This document shows positions 8,659-19,565 of a DNA stretch of 19,565 nucleotides, one piece after another. Made by a program: the position numbers and the translations under genes. The notes beneath the pieces are model-generated. The model saw only the letters and a list, made by a program, of their open reading frames with translations. It made no database searches and was not told the DNA's origin. How positions within the stretch are numbered: the stretch's first letter is position 1; the number at the start of each line of letters is the position of its first letter. This DNA is from Ginkgo biloba (lineage: Eukaryota > Plantae > Ginkgophyta), in contig JANKJI020000004.1 in NCBI GenBank assembly GCA_024626585.2, forward strand, positions 144,351,687 to 144,371,251, in the 5' to 3' direction.

Positions 8659-11600
8659 TAGTGTAATTTTGGGGTGGCCAAAAGATGTAAGCTCTCAAAT
8701 CAGAAGCTGTATCTGCACCTCCTGTTCGCCATAGGGGGGATTTACTTCAAGAATTGGCCGGCATTGGAGAAGTTTGTGAAGGAAATGGAGAATATGAGCT
8801 TCAACGCAGAGGCCCCATGAGGCACTGGATCCTTTTAATAGGGTCCGGGGACACTTGGTGGCCCTCCACGAAAGGGTTAAGTGTATTACCACCATCAACC
8901 CTCAGAGGAAGAAGACCATTTTAATCTATGTCCGGTTGAGTGGGAAGAGGTCGAGCAAAGAATCAAGGTGGCTCAGAGAGCGCATAGCAGAGAAGAGGAG
9001 CCCGAGGAAACATACGAGGCTCTGACTAGGCAGCTACTGAGGGGACTCCCAACTGGAAAAACTGAGGTCCAGCCACATGTCGTGACCACAGCCTCCCAGG
9101 TCAGCTTCTCCGTCCCTCCCCCATAAGTACTAAATACCGTCCAAACCCCCGATGTTGTCACTCCACCCATCATGACCCCTTATGTGACTAGCACAATCAC
9201 CATCACATATGTGACCATAATCACTTCCATACCCTCTCAGTCATCTTCCACCACTTCCTCTGCTCCCTCCACTACCTCTTCACCTCAATCAACCATAATC
9301 ACCACTAAAGGGAAGGACTCAATTGTGAGAAAAGACATAGTGACCCTAACTCCACTTAACCTATCTATGGATATTCCTCTCCCACCGTCACTCTCTCTCA
9401 AGCTAGCCTTTTAGCAACCACCTAAATTCATAATCCTTGCTCCTACCTTGACTATGCCTTTAACTACACTGGGGGGTACTGTCACTATGATCATCTTAGG
9501 CTATTTACTCCCCATAGTGGAGCTAAGGATGAAACCCCCCATAGAACCTGTTGATACTTCATCTTCTACCCCATCATCCCAAATGGTGAGAAAATTATAG
9601 TGGTTCCAGATGTAATTGGCCAAGGCAGAGGAAGTAACACTAGAGTATGATAGAGCCACTAACATCTTGAAGAAATTCACCAAGAGGAGGATCAAGACTA
9701 AGGACTAGGTTACTACCCTTCAAATAGAGGAGAATTTTCTATCTTTTACTTAGAAGAGGAGGAGGTTAGGCTGGAGCACAAATATGGATAGTAGGGAGTT
9801 GGTAGTTATTTCAGTATCTATAATCCAATCGATAAATAAAATATTTGAAGAGGCCATAAAAAGAATAAAAATGGAGCTGTCACAGGAATGAGATAAAATT
9901 ATGGTTCTACCATCCATGGGCGAGAAGATAGGGGTTTCCCTTAAAGATTTATATCGATATTTCATATAGGTTGAGGAAGATAGAGGTAGAGATGAGGAGA
10001 CCCATTATAGGATAAAGGTCTCTCTAGATAAAATAGAGAAATAGGAGACTAATATAGCNNNNNNNNNNNNNNNNNNNNNNNNNNNNNNNNNNNNNNNNNN
10101 NNNNNNNNNNNNNNNNNNNNNNNNNNNNNNNNNNNNNNNNNNNNNNNNNNNNNNNNNNNNNNNNNNNNNNNNNNNNNNNNNNNNNNNNNNNNNNNNNNNN
10201 NNNNNNNNNNNNNNNNNNNNNNNNNNNNNNNNNNNNNNNNNNNNNNNNNNNNNNNNNNNNNNNNNNNNNNNNNNNNNNNNNNNNNNNNNNNNNNNNNNNN
10301 NNNNNNNNNNNNNNNNNNNNNNNNNNNNNNNNNNNNNNNNNNNNNNNNNNNNNNNNNNNNNNNNNNNNNNNNNNNNNNNNNNNNNNNNNNNNNNNNNNNN
10401 NNNNNNNNNNNNNNNNNNNNNNNNNNNNNNNNNNNNNNNNNNNNNNNNNNNNNNNNNNNNNNNNNNNNNNNNNNNNNNNNNNNNNNNNNNNNNNNNNNNN
10501 NNNNNNNNNNNNNNNNNNNNNNNNNNNNNNNNNNNNNNNNNNNNNNNNNNNNNNNNNNNNNNNNNNNNNNNNNNNNNNNNNNNNNNNNNNNNNNNNNNNN
10601 NNNNNNNNNNNNNNNNNNNNNNNNNNNNNNNNNNNNNNNNNNNNNNNNNNNNNNNNNNNNNNNNNNNNNNNNNNNNNNNNNNNNNNNNNNNNNNNNNNNN
10701 NNNNNNNNNNNNNNNNNNNNNNNNNNNNNNNNNNNNNNNNNNNNNNNNNNNNNNNNNNNNNNNNNNNNNNNNNNNNNNNNNNNNNNNNNNNNNNNNNNNN
10801 NNNNNNNNNNNNNNNNNNNNNNNNNNNNNNNNNNNNNNNNNNNNNNNNNNNNNNNNNNNNNNNNNNNNNNNNNNNNNNNNNNNNNNNNNNNNNNNNNNNN
10901 NNNNNNNNNNTCCTGAGAGGAGTAGGGGGGTGAAACATTCACCCACTCATGTTTCCTAGTGGGAAGCATACCTAATGGCCAAGGAAATGACATGGTCTCT
11001 CTGGCTTGGATAAATCTATCAAGGGGGTACAAGAGGATCCCAGGAAAGTCAAGGATACGACCCAAAGTGTCTCTATTAATACTATTGACATCCTTTAGGA
11101 ATTGTCATATATCTATCACAAGTTATTGTCAGGTACTCAACATCACCCACTAGAGGATGAAGCCATTAGTACGTGACCCACCCCAATGAACCTTGATAGA
11201 TAGAGTCTGATGCATAGTTTAGGGGACCACACAATATAGAGAAGATAAGGTAGCTTTCACCCCCTTTCTCTTTGTTGGCTTCTCCACGCCTATGCTAGGT
11301 CATATTCTACTTCGCCTACTAGCTTAGAAGCCCAACATGCCTATTCCTTGGGGTGTGAAGGCTCTATCAAGAGTGAATCATGAAAGAGAGAAAAGGGAAT
11401 TATTTCCAATGACTTTTATAACTAAAGGTATTGTAGTGGTACTACAGTTAGTTTTGAGGAGTTAGAAAGGAAATATAAAATGTAAAGATCAGGTTCTGAA
11501 AAAGGATTTAGAGTTATAGGAAAATTAGGGGTGAAAAGAAAAAGGGCCAGGGAGATCTACTATATAAGCTTCTTGGAGATATCTCTAGGGAACTGTATTT
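8659..11600 (+). pseudogene. Long decayed ORF of unknown function, probably a retrotransposon accessory ORF
   Basis: One frame reads as protein from 8701-8820 and 8881-10058 (9 stops in ~392 codons, no evident frameshift), and the same frame resumes at 10912 to about 11600 after an 852-N gap, with more stops. Architecture: globular segment, S/T/P-rich linker (about 9060-9580), E/K/R-rich helical segment, aromatic-rich C-terminal part. No gag, PR, RT, RH or INT motif seen. Confidence 0.6.
10059..10910. other. Largest assembly gap (852 N), one of 13
   Basis: Other N-runs: 1101-1200, 1910-1939, 4130-4229, 5782-5809, 6024-6123, 8559-8658, 11924-12007, 13234-13333, 14365-14464, 15084-15171, 15762-15861, 18005-18104. 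Confidence 0.99.
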
Positions 11601-12387
11601 TTTTTTTTGTTGTTATCTTTGATCGCCCACCTATGGGGGGAATTTTTGTAATCAAGATGGACTTTGTGAATATATGTGTTACAACAGTTTTTGTATATCT
11701 CTATTTCTTCCTTTGATTGGATAATGCAATATGTTGTACTTAACATATTGAAACTTATTATGCATAGATCTTTTTTTGTCTTGGTTATTATTTCTTAAAC
11801 ATCACTGTGAGTCAGATCTGTAATGGTGCTTTGAGGAGTTCATGGATGAAGAGGTTGATCCATGCTATCCTCGAGCTTGGGTCAAGTGATTCATGACACA
11901 TAGATAAGTGGGATGTTCTCAAANNNNNNNNNNNNNNNNNNNNNNNNNNNNNNNNNNNNNNNNNNNNNNNNNNNNNNNNNNNNNNNNNNNNNNNNNNNNN
12001 NNNNNNNGTTAGTCATCCACTCACAAGTTGAATATTAACTTTGACTACAGGTACCCACTGGTTTCTTATATTAATACTATCTTTTCTTTTTCTTGTAAAA
12101 ATATATCAACTCGAGGCCTAAAGAGTATGTGATTCAAGAATTAGTTATTACTTGCATTCCTCGGTAGGATTTTTAAGTAGCTATAAATACCCTTAATACC
12201 ATCTTCTCTTCTTTACTCTCCTCTTTTTTTTTATTTTGTTGATGTCTATATATCCACCTTGATAGGATCCCTATGAATATTCACTTTGAGAATATCTCTT
12301 GTAGGTTTATAAACTCACATACTCTCCCTGATCTATACTACCTGAGTTTTTTGTACCTTGTATTCTATTTCCAGGAAGAGCACTAAA

Positions 12388-12999
12388 ATGTGTTGGTGGA
12401 AACACCTGAATTTGACTTCCTTGTAGGGTGCAGAAGAAAACCTTGATCAACAAAAGGAAAAGTAGGATAAACAACAAGAATAATAGTTTTTGGTGACCTA
12501 TTATTCATACACTAATCCCATCAAGGTGATGGTTAAAGAGGCCATATTCTCGGGTCAATATTTTTAGGAACAACCATATATAGTGAAGGAGGCATTTCAA
12601 AAGGTGGAGTAGGCTAAGGAAGTCGTCAACCAACTTAACAAATAGATGGAGGCTATAGAGGATTTGACTAGCCTACAACCACATTACCAATTGGCTCAAC
12701 AAGTGTATATCCAAACCTAAGGAGAAATACATAAAACCATTGGCCTCCTTCAATAATATAAAGCAAGGGCTAAATTTATCGAGCAACAGGGGCAGGCGTA
12801 GGAAATAATTTATTAGGAACACCTTCGAAAGATCAAGGAGGATCTCATTAAGAATAAACCAAATGGATCTAATATCACTAGTACCATAGAGATGAACCTA
12901 TAGTCAATCATCCAGATCACTATGGAATGGTCCTAGTTGAAAATGGAGCTATCCTTAGCTATTCTTGAGGCTGTCAATTCGACATCCCCCTTGACATAG
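12388..12999 (+). pseudogene. Decayed Q/E/K-rich coiled-coil-like ORF, probably retroelement-borne
   Basis: 203 codons from ATG 12388 read in one frame (e.g. VKEAFQKVE*AKEVVNQLNK*MEAIEDL) with 13 internal stops, all TAG/TAA. It is preceded by an acceptor-like TATTCTATTTCCAG at 12361-12374. Confidence 0.55.
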
Positions 13000-13058
13000 A
13001 CTTAGTAATGTTGGTTGTCCTTATCTCAAAGAAAGATAAATCTTTGGGCATGGAGGAA

Positions 13059-13233
13059 TGTTGGACAAAGAATTCGATGCATGTTGAAGATTATCTTAAC
13101 TGACACTGACATAGGAGGGTCAGTAATGAGTGTTAGAGAGAGAAGAATCAACACTGACAAAGGGATACCTACTGTCGAACGTTAAGAAAAAAGGGAATTG
13201 ACACCAATAAAGGAAAAACACCGATGAGTGTCA
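13059..13233 (+). repeat. Possible LTR 5' fragment with recurring ACACTGAC/ACACCGA-type motifs
   Basis: TGTTGG follows a short purine run GGAGGAA, with ACACTGACA twice plus GACACCAA and AACACCGA before the gap. It does not match the 7422 LTR candidate. Confidence 0.25.
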
Positions 13234-14466
13234 NNNNNNNNNNNNNNNNNNNNNNNNNNNNNNNNNNNNNNNNNNNNNNNNNNNNNNNNNNNNNNNNNNN
13301 NNNNNNNNNNNNNNNNNNNNNNNNNNNNNNNNNTTGTTGGTTTTCTATTGTGGCACTTCATTCCCCTTCCAAACCCATATCATATGGGAGGCACTGGAAA
13401 GAAGAGAGGCCAAGGAAATAGGTAATGATCTCCTTTTTTTTCTTCTCATTACCTATCTACATAGACTATTAGTCAATCCTAGAATCATATGTGTCATATT
13501 TTAAGTGACCTTAGTCTTATGAAAATCCTCTCTTCAAGGTAAACTTACCTTGGCATGCCACATGGAAATCTCAAAAAGTAGGTTGATTACATATGAATTT
13601 GATAGTACATAGAGTGATCTATTAATGATTAAGGAATAAATGATGATTTTATCTTCAAAAACTCACCGAGTTCCTATTATTCTTCATATAATTGATATAT
13701 TATATAAAATTCTTTATCCTTGATCCATGGGAATATCATTTTCTAGGACCAAATCAGTGTATAAGATGCATTGATTATGTACTTATGATTATAAATGAAT
13801 AAGATAATCTTACCATTTATAAATAATACTTTCTTATTTAACCTATATTTTCAAATAATTATTAGCACAAGACCCTATATCTTTAGATATCTCATTAATA
13901 TTTAGTATATGTATGTTGGGGTAGGAACCTTATCTTGTATCTAACATGTAGTATGAAAAAAGTAATCAACTAGCCTTTATTATTGCATTGGAAAATCCAT
14001 GAACCCTAAAAAAAATCTATAAAAGGCAATGTCCTAGGAAAGGAATAACACAGGAGTGAATGCAGTGTTAAAATCTTAGAAGAGAAAAAATATTAGTCAG
14101 GATTTATAATGTGGGATATGTTGTTTAGGAAAGGACTAATCAAGATTGGTAGGATAAGAAGAATTTGGAGAAATGTTGCTCCTTTATTTACTATTTATCA
14201 TAAATGATTGTGTCACTCTTGTTGTAGAACATGCAACATGAAAGAAATTTGAGGTATTGAAAATAAATATTGATGTGGAAAGGTAAGTGTTGGAGTGATT
14301 AATATTCATTTGGTGAAATATTATGAACACCTTTAGTTGCCAACATGTGGCTTCATTGAGTGTANNNNNNNNNNNNNNNNNNNNNNNNNNNNNNNNNNNN
14401 NNNNNNNNNNNNNNNNNNNNNNNNNNNNNNNNNNNNNNNNNNNNNNNNNNNNNNNNNNNNNNNNAA

Positions 14467-14715
14467 TATCAAGATAAATTCAAGTGAATTTTTGACAAAG
14501 GAACATCAAGGAAATAATTCCATATGGGTGAATTCATGTTAATATGGAATAAAGCAAAGGATGAACTAGGTGCTCATCACAAACTTTACTTGCTTTGTCT
14601 TGGACCGTTTAAAGTTATTAAATTAATTGGAGATAAATCATTCAAGATAAAAAATTAATATAGAAGAATATTGACCATTTCATTCAATGGAAAATATTTA
14701 AAACATTTCTTTTAA
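14467..14715 (+). mobile_element. Ty3/gypsy (Tat/Ogre-type) integrase C-terminal GPY/F region, end of pol, pseudogenised
   Basis: YQDKFK*IFDKGTSRK*FHMGEFMLIWNKAKDELGAHHKLYLLCLGPFKVIKLIGDKSFKIKN*YRRILTISFNGKYLKHFF* matches the pattern FDK....F..GD.VL.W......H.K....W.GPF.I...G...F...........NG..LK.F*. No chromodomain follows. Confidence 0.88.
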
Positions 14716-15519
14716 TAATATAAAAAAGAAATACTGTGTAATTATACATAATTTTCTTTTTGTATCAAGTTCGTTCATTTTTTAATACTGAGATAGTCAT
14801 AGTATATAGATATTTTTATTATTTTTGAAAGTTTATGATACAAAGAGGTGTTTAAATATCAACATCACGAGTTAAAAAAAAAATTTCCTTAGGATATTAT
14901 CCTAACTCAGAAGAAAATTGTAGTAAAAAAAATTATTGGTGATAAAAGAGAAGAATGGTTTTATGTCTAGTATTCATCATTAGAGCAATTGAAGAGAGAG
15001 ACTACAGTTTGAAGAAGAGTTATTTCCCTAAACACAAGAATCACTAAAGCTAAAAAATTGGGTGATGAATTTCTCCTCATCTANNNNNNNNNNNNNNNNN
15101 NNNNNNNNNNNNNNNNNNNNNNNNNNNNNNNNNNNNNNNNNNNNNNNNNNNNNNNNNNNNNNNNNNNNNNNCTCTTCATGCAGAGTCTTATTCAAGATAT
15201 CTACTAACCACATATAAATTTGGGTTTCCATAGTTGAATAATTATCTTCACAAGTAGTATTATATTACATGTATTTACTATCATCCTCTAGTTTTCTTTC
15301 CAATATCTCTCATTCCTTTAGGGCATCACATTCTATAATGAGGATGACCTAGTTGTTCACGAAAGATAATTAAAAAGGGGATAATATCTCACCAAACTTG
15401 TCTTATCTCACCACCTATTATTTTCCTAATCCATATCTCTCTCAAAATTTCGATATATATACTATTTTTTCTTACTCCCCTAATAATAAACTCAAGCTTC
15501 ATTCCCTTGTTATTCTCAT

Positions 15520-15761
15520 GATATCTATCATATATTTTTTTATAAAATAAGGAAGAGTTTAAAAGTAGTTGCATTGAAGATGAAGAACCTTTGATAAATC
15601 AATGCAAAGATCTTAAAGAAGGGATCATTTAGCTATGAATGAATAAAATTACTAAAGGATTATTGATTCTTGAATCCATTTTAAATCTAGAAGATAAACC
15701 TTATTTGGGCCTAAAATTAGAGGAATTACTGAAACAAATTATGTATGAAACCATTCAAGTT
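15520..15761 (+). mobile_element. Gypsy (Tat-like) polyprotein linker fragment upstream of RT
   Basis: L*NKEEFKSSCIEDEE...EGII*L*MNKITKGLLILESILNLEDK resembles the IIQLK.NKIPKGLV.LE.+F...D linker I recall from gymnosperm Tat-type polyproteins. Recognition from memory, not searched. Confidence 0.5.
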
Positions 15762-16193
15762 NNNNNNNNNNNNNNNNNNNNNNNNNNNNNNNNNNNNNNN
15801 NNNNNNNNNNNNNNNNNNNNNNNNNNNNNNNNNNNNNNNNNNNNNNNNNNNNNNNNNNNNNATAACCAATCCTAAACCAAGAAGATGTCCACATGAGGTT
15901 GTATCAAGTCAATGAGTGAAAAAAATTTAAAGAATTATTGTGATCTAGTACTATGTTGATTATAGAGTGGTAATATCTATTAATTTCCTCTAAATCTCTC
16001 TAGAAAGAAAGGAATCTAAAAGAATCATAAAATTCTTTAACATATCTAAAGATTTATTAAAGATTAAGATTCTTTAAGATAAATTACTTAAGAAGCTAGA
16101 GAAATTTCCAGATGAAGTTTAGAAGAGACTTCAAGAACTAGAGATTCAAGGTAGTTGATAAGTGGGACAACTTCAAGATAAATCACTTATTTA

Positions 16194-17280
16194 ATGGCAT
16201 CTTCATCAACAAGTAACTCAAGAAGTTCAAGAACAATAATGAACATTATGGAAGCTTCTTTGAGACTTCAAATATTTTATGGAAGTGGACATGGAGATAT
16301 ATATATCTTCACTTACAAATGTATCTGCAATTATAGAGGCATAACATATGATGGTGTGAAATGGAGAGAGCTCATTATGAATCTTAGAGGACTAGCTCAA
16401 GATTGCCATCGAATGACCAATTTAGCCTAAAAATGAAAAGATTGGAATGTAATAAAATTTTCATATAAGGATACTCATGCATATCCTAGACCTACACACA
16501 CTACTTTTAATGAGTTGATGAATCTTTAACATAATAAGTATGATTCTACTAAGGATTATGATAGATGATTTAAAGCTTTAGTAGGGAAATTACCCTACAT
16601 GATTCTTGAAAAGAAACATATTAAATGGTTTATAGCTAGGTTGATGTAAAGCATTAGATCTCATGTCAAGAAAATCAACCCAAGAATGTATCAAGAGGCA
16701 CTTTATAAAGTTGTCTAGATGGAAACTGAGGTAGACTAGACAAGATTGGATGTGGTTGAGAAAACTAATGAGTTGACCAAAATTGTGAAGGATTTTCAAA
16801 GTCAATGAAGAAGTTGGTAAGAAAATATCAACTAGATAGAGATCTATTATGGTGTAAATATTTGTAGGGAAAATACATTTGAAATTAGTCTCAAGTGGAT
16901 GAAAGAAATGTGTATAATCAAGAGACTTTATTTAGAAGGAAGTACGAAAAGAGAAAAAATAATCCTAACATATATTATTTTAGAAACAATACATGTAATC
17001 ATAATGAACATAATTTCTAGAGACATAAGAACCAAAAGTCCCAAAATAAATATGATAAACAATAAAAAGGTGAAAGTACAAGTTCTAAGGATTAGGACAA
17101 AGAAATGATCAATTCTTTCAAGTTTTGGTATGAAATTGAAAGTGGAGGATATGAGAATAATAAAATGCTTTAAATGTAATAAGTGGGGTCATACATAAAA
17201 ATCACGTCCATTTCCTATTCTTGGAATTAAATTTTGTTAGATCTATGGCATTCATGAACATTAGACAAAATATTTCCCAA
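16194..17280 (+). mobile_element. Ty3/gypsy gag pseudogene (retrotransposon capsid domain plus two degenerate CCHC zinc knuckles)
   Basis: MASSSTS...LRLQIFYGSG...LRGLAQD...FNELMNL*H..DSTKDYDR*FKALVGKLPY...HIKWFIARLM*SIRSHV....YQEAL. Knuckles CFKCNKWGHT*KSRP (from 17166) and C*IYGIHEH*TKYFP (from 17235) have CX2CX4HX4C spacing, each lost Cys one substitution from TGY. Confidence 0.85.
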
Positions 17281-17560
17281 TCTTGTTAGAAAGAGTAAAG
17301 AGCATTAAGCTCATTCAAACTAAGAAAGAATCTAAAGTAATATTGGAAAATGACATGAATATAAAAATAAGGTCATAGTTTCACATGTTTAAGTAATATA
17401 TAAACATTGTACATAAGGTTGTAAGACTAGGTGGATTTAGTACATGATACAAATTCTAATTAGGATTAAAGGAAGGTTTAGAAGAAGAAAAAGTAAGGTT
17501 ACAAAACTCATTTTCCTTGAAAATGTATTGTTCTATTAGTTTCCTAAGATGAGATCCTAC

Positions 17561-18004
17561 TAAGCTAAGAAGGTGTGTACATGAAGTAATAATTAGCTAA
17601 CAAGTAGAATTTCTTCAAAGAGTTATCATGGCCTAGTACTATTTTGATTATAGAGTTGTAATGTCTCTCAAAATCTTGTAAATTGATCAAATCATTAAAG
17701 GATTTATTAAATACTGATAATTTTAAGGAAAGTGTTTTAAAAATTAGAGAGTTTTCCATAACAAGTTCATAAAATAATATAAGAACTAGAGACAAGGTAA
17801 AATAGATTTGAGATGGATGATAAATGGAAGAACTTAAAGAAAATATATTATTTAATGGCATCTTCATCAACAAGAAATAAAATAAACTTAGGAATAATAA
17901 TAAATATTATGGAATCTTTATTAAGACTACCAATGTTAGATGAAAGTGGGGATGGATAAAGGCATCTCCTCACTTATGAATATATTTGGAGTGCTAGAAG
18001 CATC
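17561..18004 (+). mobile_element. Second diverged copy of the same family's leader and gag start (ATG 17855)
   Basis: Collinear with about 15873-16340. TTATTTAATGGCATCTTCATCAACAAG is identical at 16187-16213 and 17848-17874. Reads MASSSTRNKINLGIIINIMESLLRLPMLDESGDG*RHLLTYEYIWSARSI. Confidence 0.88.
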
Positions 18005-18104
18005 NNNNNNNNNNNNNNNNNNNNNNNNNNNNNNNNNNNNNNNNNNNNNNNNNNNNNNNNNNNNNNNNNNNNNNNNNNNNNNNNNNNNNNNNNNNNNNNN
18101 NNNN

Positions 18105-19310
18105 ACTATGGTATCATGCCAAAGCACACATTTCCATGATGGAGAAGTTTAGAAAAATTCAAAAGTTGTATAGACTGATCCAACTGGCCAAAGAATCTAG
18201 TGATAGAAAGAGGATTATCCCATTAGATTTTTTCAAATCATTTTCACTACATATTGATATCAAATCGTCCAACACCAAGTGGGTACATCACTATAAGAAT
18301 ATAGAAATATGTAGATGCATAAGACCCTATGAGAACACAAATATTTATTATTACATAATTCATTATAAGTGTGTAATGAGAGGTGACTACACAATGTGAT
18401 GCGAGTTGAGTAAAATAGGTGACTATACAAATTGAGGAGACTGGGAACAATAATACAATCAAGAAGAAACATGAGGTTGTCATAAGAGGAGATGCACCTA
18501 GCCATGATGAGGATAAAATAGGGGATACAACCCCAATAAGAAACAACATGGAAGTATTGATGAAGTCATTATGATAAAAAATAAAGTAATATAACAATAT
18601 CATATTCTATTGATAACACATTCACTCAATTTCATCTATTTTAGGGATGACTAAAGAAGAAATTGACAAAATGATTAATTTTAAACTAATTACAGGGAAG
18701 GCACATGTCCAATTTGACATCGAAGAAAATAAGAAATTAAAATTAATCATATCCAAACCAAAGGGGGGATAGACAAGAAATAGAAGGATTTGGTGAAGGA
18801 AGATATAGAGTAGGAGTTGCAGTGGATTTGACACTACAAGGTGTTAAAAATATAAGTGAAGGAGTTTCTAAGGTCGTCAATAATAAATTGCTTGACTACG
18901 AGACAAATATTAGAGAGTTGAAGGATACTCTAATGTGGTACCATAAATTGATTCTTCATCATTTAGGTGAAATAAAATAAGTTGGAGAGGTTGATCTTCA
19001 TACGTGATTGGCTATTGATGAATGAAGATTACACATAATAAGGGGAAAGGGTAGAATAGAGGATTTTCATAAAAAAATTATTAATACTAATGAAGGATAC
19101 TAGAATGCCTAAGTTAAGACAGAGGAAAATTTAAAATAATTTAATAAATTGTCTTAAATTTGGTAATGTTGATGGAGAGAATCAGGAAAAAATTAAATTT
19201 TGATAAGGAGAAGGATCTATCTTAGGAGAAGCTAGATACAATAAGGAATCTGCTAATATATGAAGACTCCAAGGTCTAGGAGGAATTCATCCTTAGCCAA
19301 CTATATGAGA
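18105..19310 (+). pseudogene. Heavily decayed purine-rich ORF remnant, possible paralog of the 8659-11600 ORF
   Basis: HTFP*WRSLEKF...PLDFFKSF...WVHHY parallels IYFKNWPALEKF...DPFNRV...YYHH at 8740-8900, followed by E/K-rich coding-like sequence with many stops and frameshifts. Confidence 0.35.
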
Positions 19311-19565
19311 TAGGGGACAAGCACATGCAACTTGATGTGAATACCAATTAGATCCATAATAATTTAGGTTCCTTAGCTTTAACAAAGAACAAATAAAAAT
19401 TTTTGAAATAAAAATACAATGAAAAGAAGTAAAGTTAGATGTTGGTCTCGATGGAGAAAGAGTAAAAAGATATTTTGTAATTGCTAGAATAGAAGAACAA
19501 TATAGATCTATAAAATACTAAATTAATTCTAAGTAATTCAAAGATGTTGAAAGAGTAGGATATTA

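Noticed and set aside
10005-11065. The 300+ aa minus-strand ORFs in the ORF track
   Set aside because: They are almost entirely N-gap (X) and are artefacts. The same applies to other X-containing ORFs, including the FTKVKGG tail joined to the copia ORF across gap 1101-1200.
12388-12999. Alternative genetic code (TAA/TAG = Gln) or programmed readthrough
   Set aside because: In the copia fragment TAG replaces a conserved Trp (RKL*VYF) and TGA replaces Arg (EMA*CML). TGA stops and frameshifts occur elsewhere, so mutational decay explains the pattern.
16194-17280. Endogenous caulimovirus coat protein or a host zinc-knuckle gene
   Set aside because: The upstream domain is retrotransposon-gag-like, and no movement protein or caulimovirid RT is seen.
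7422-19565. One continuous full-length gypsy element
   Set aside because: The domain order (INT end, then pre-RT linker, then gag, then gag) is not collinear, no RT/RH core or matching 3' LTR is visible, and unsized gaps separate the pieces.

Overview
AT-rich eukaryotic (land-plant, probably gymnosperm-like; inferred from the retroelement types) draft-assembly DNA with 13 N-gaps, eight of them exactly 100 N and so probably of unknown size. Most of the window is decayed retroelements. In order: a minus-strand Ty1/copia integrase fragment (1201-2265); very eroded LINE ORF2 pieces (about 3570-5540); a candidate Ty3/gypsy LTR+PBS (7422-8030) followed by two long stop-riddled ORFs of unknown function (8659-11600, 12388-12999); Tat-like pol fragments (14467-14715, 15520-15761); two diverged head-to-tail gag copies (16194-17280, 17855-18004); and a probable distant paralog of the unknown ORF (18105 onward). 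Two candidate host exons on + (2272-2422, 6342-6364/6395) splice in frame into a plausible protein C-terminus that I cannot name. No intact gene, RNA gene, CRISPR array or prokaryotic system is supported. The best candidates for something undescribed are the retroelement-borne accessory ORF family and two unusual splice-site contexts. All translations and alignments were done by eye with no database searches, and linkage across gaps is uncertain.
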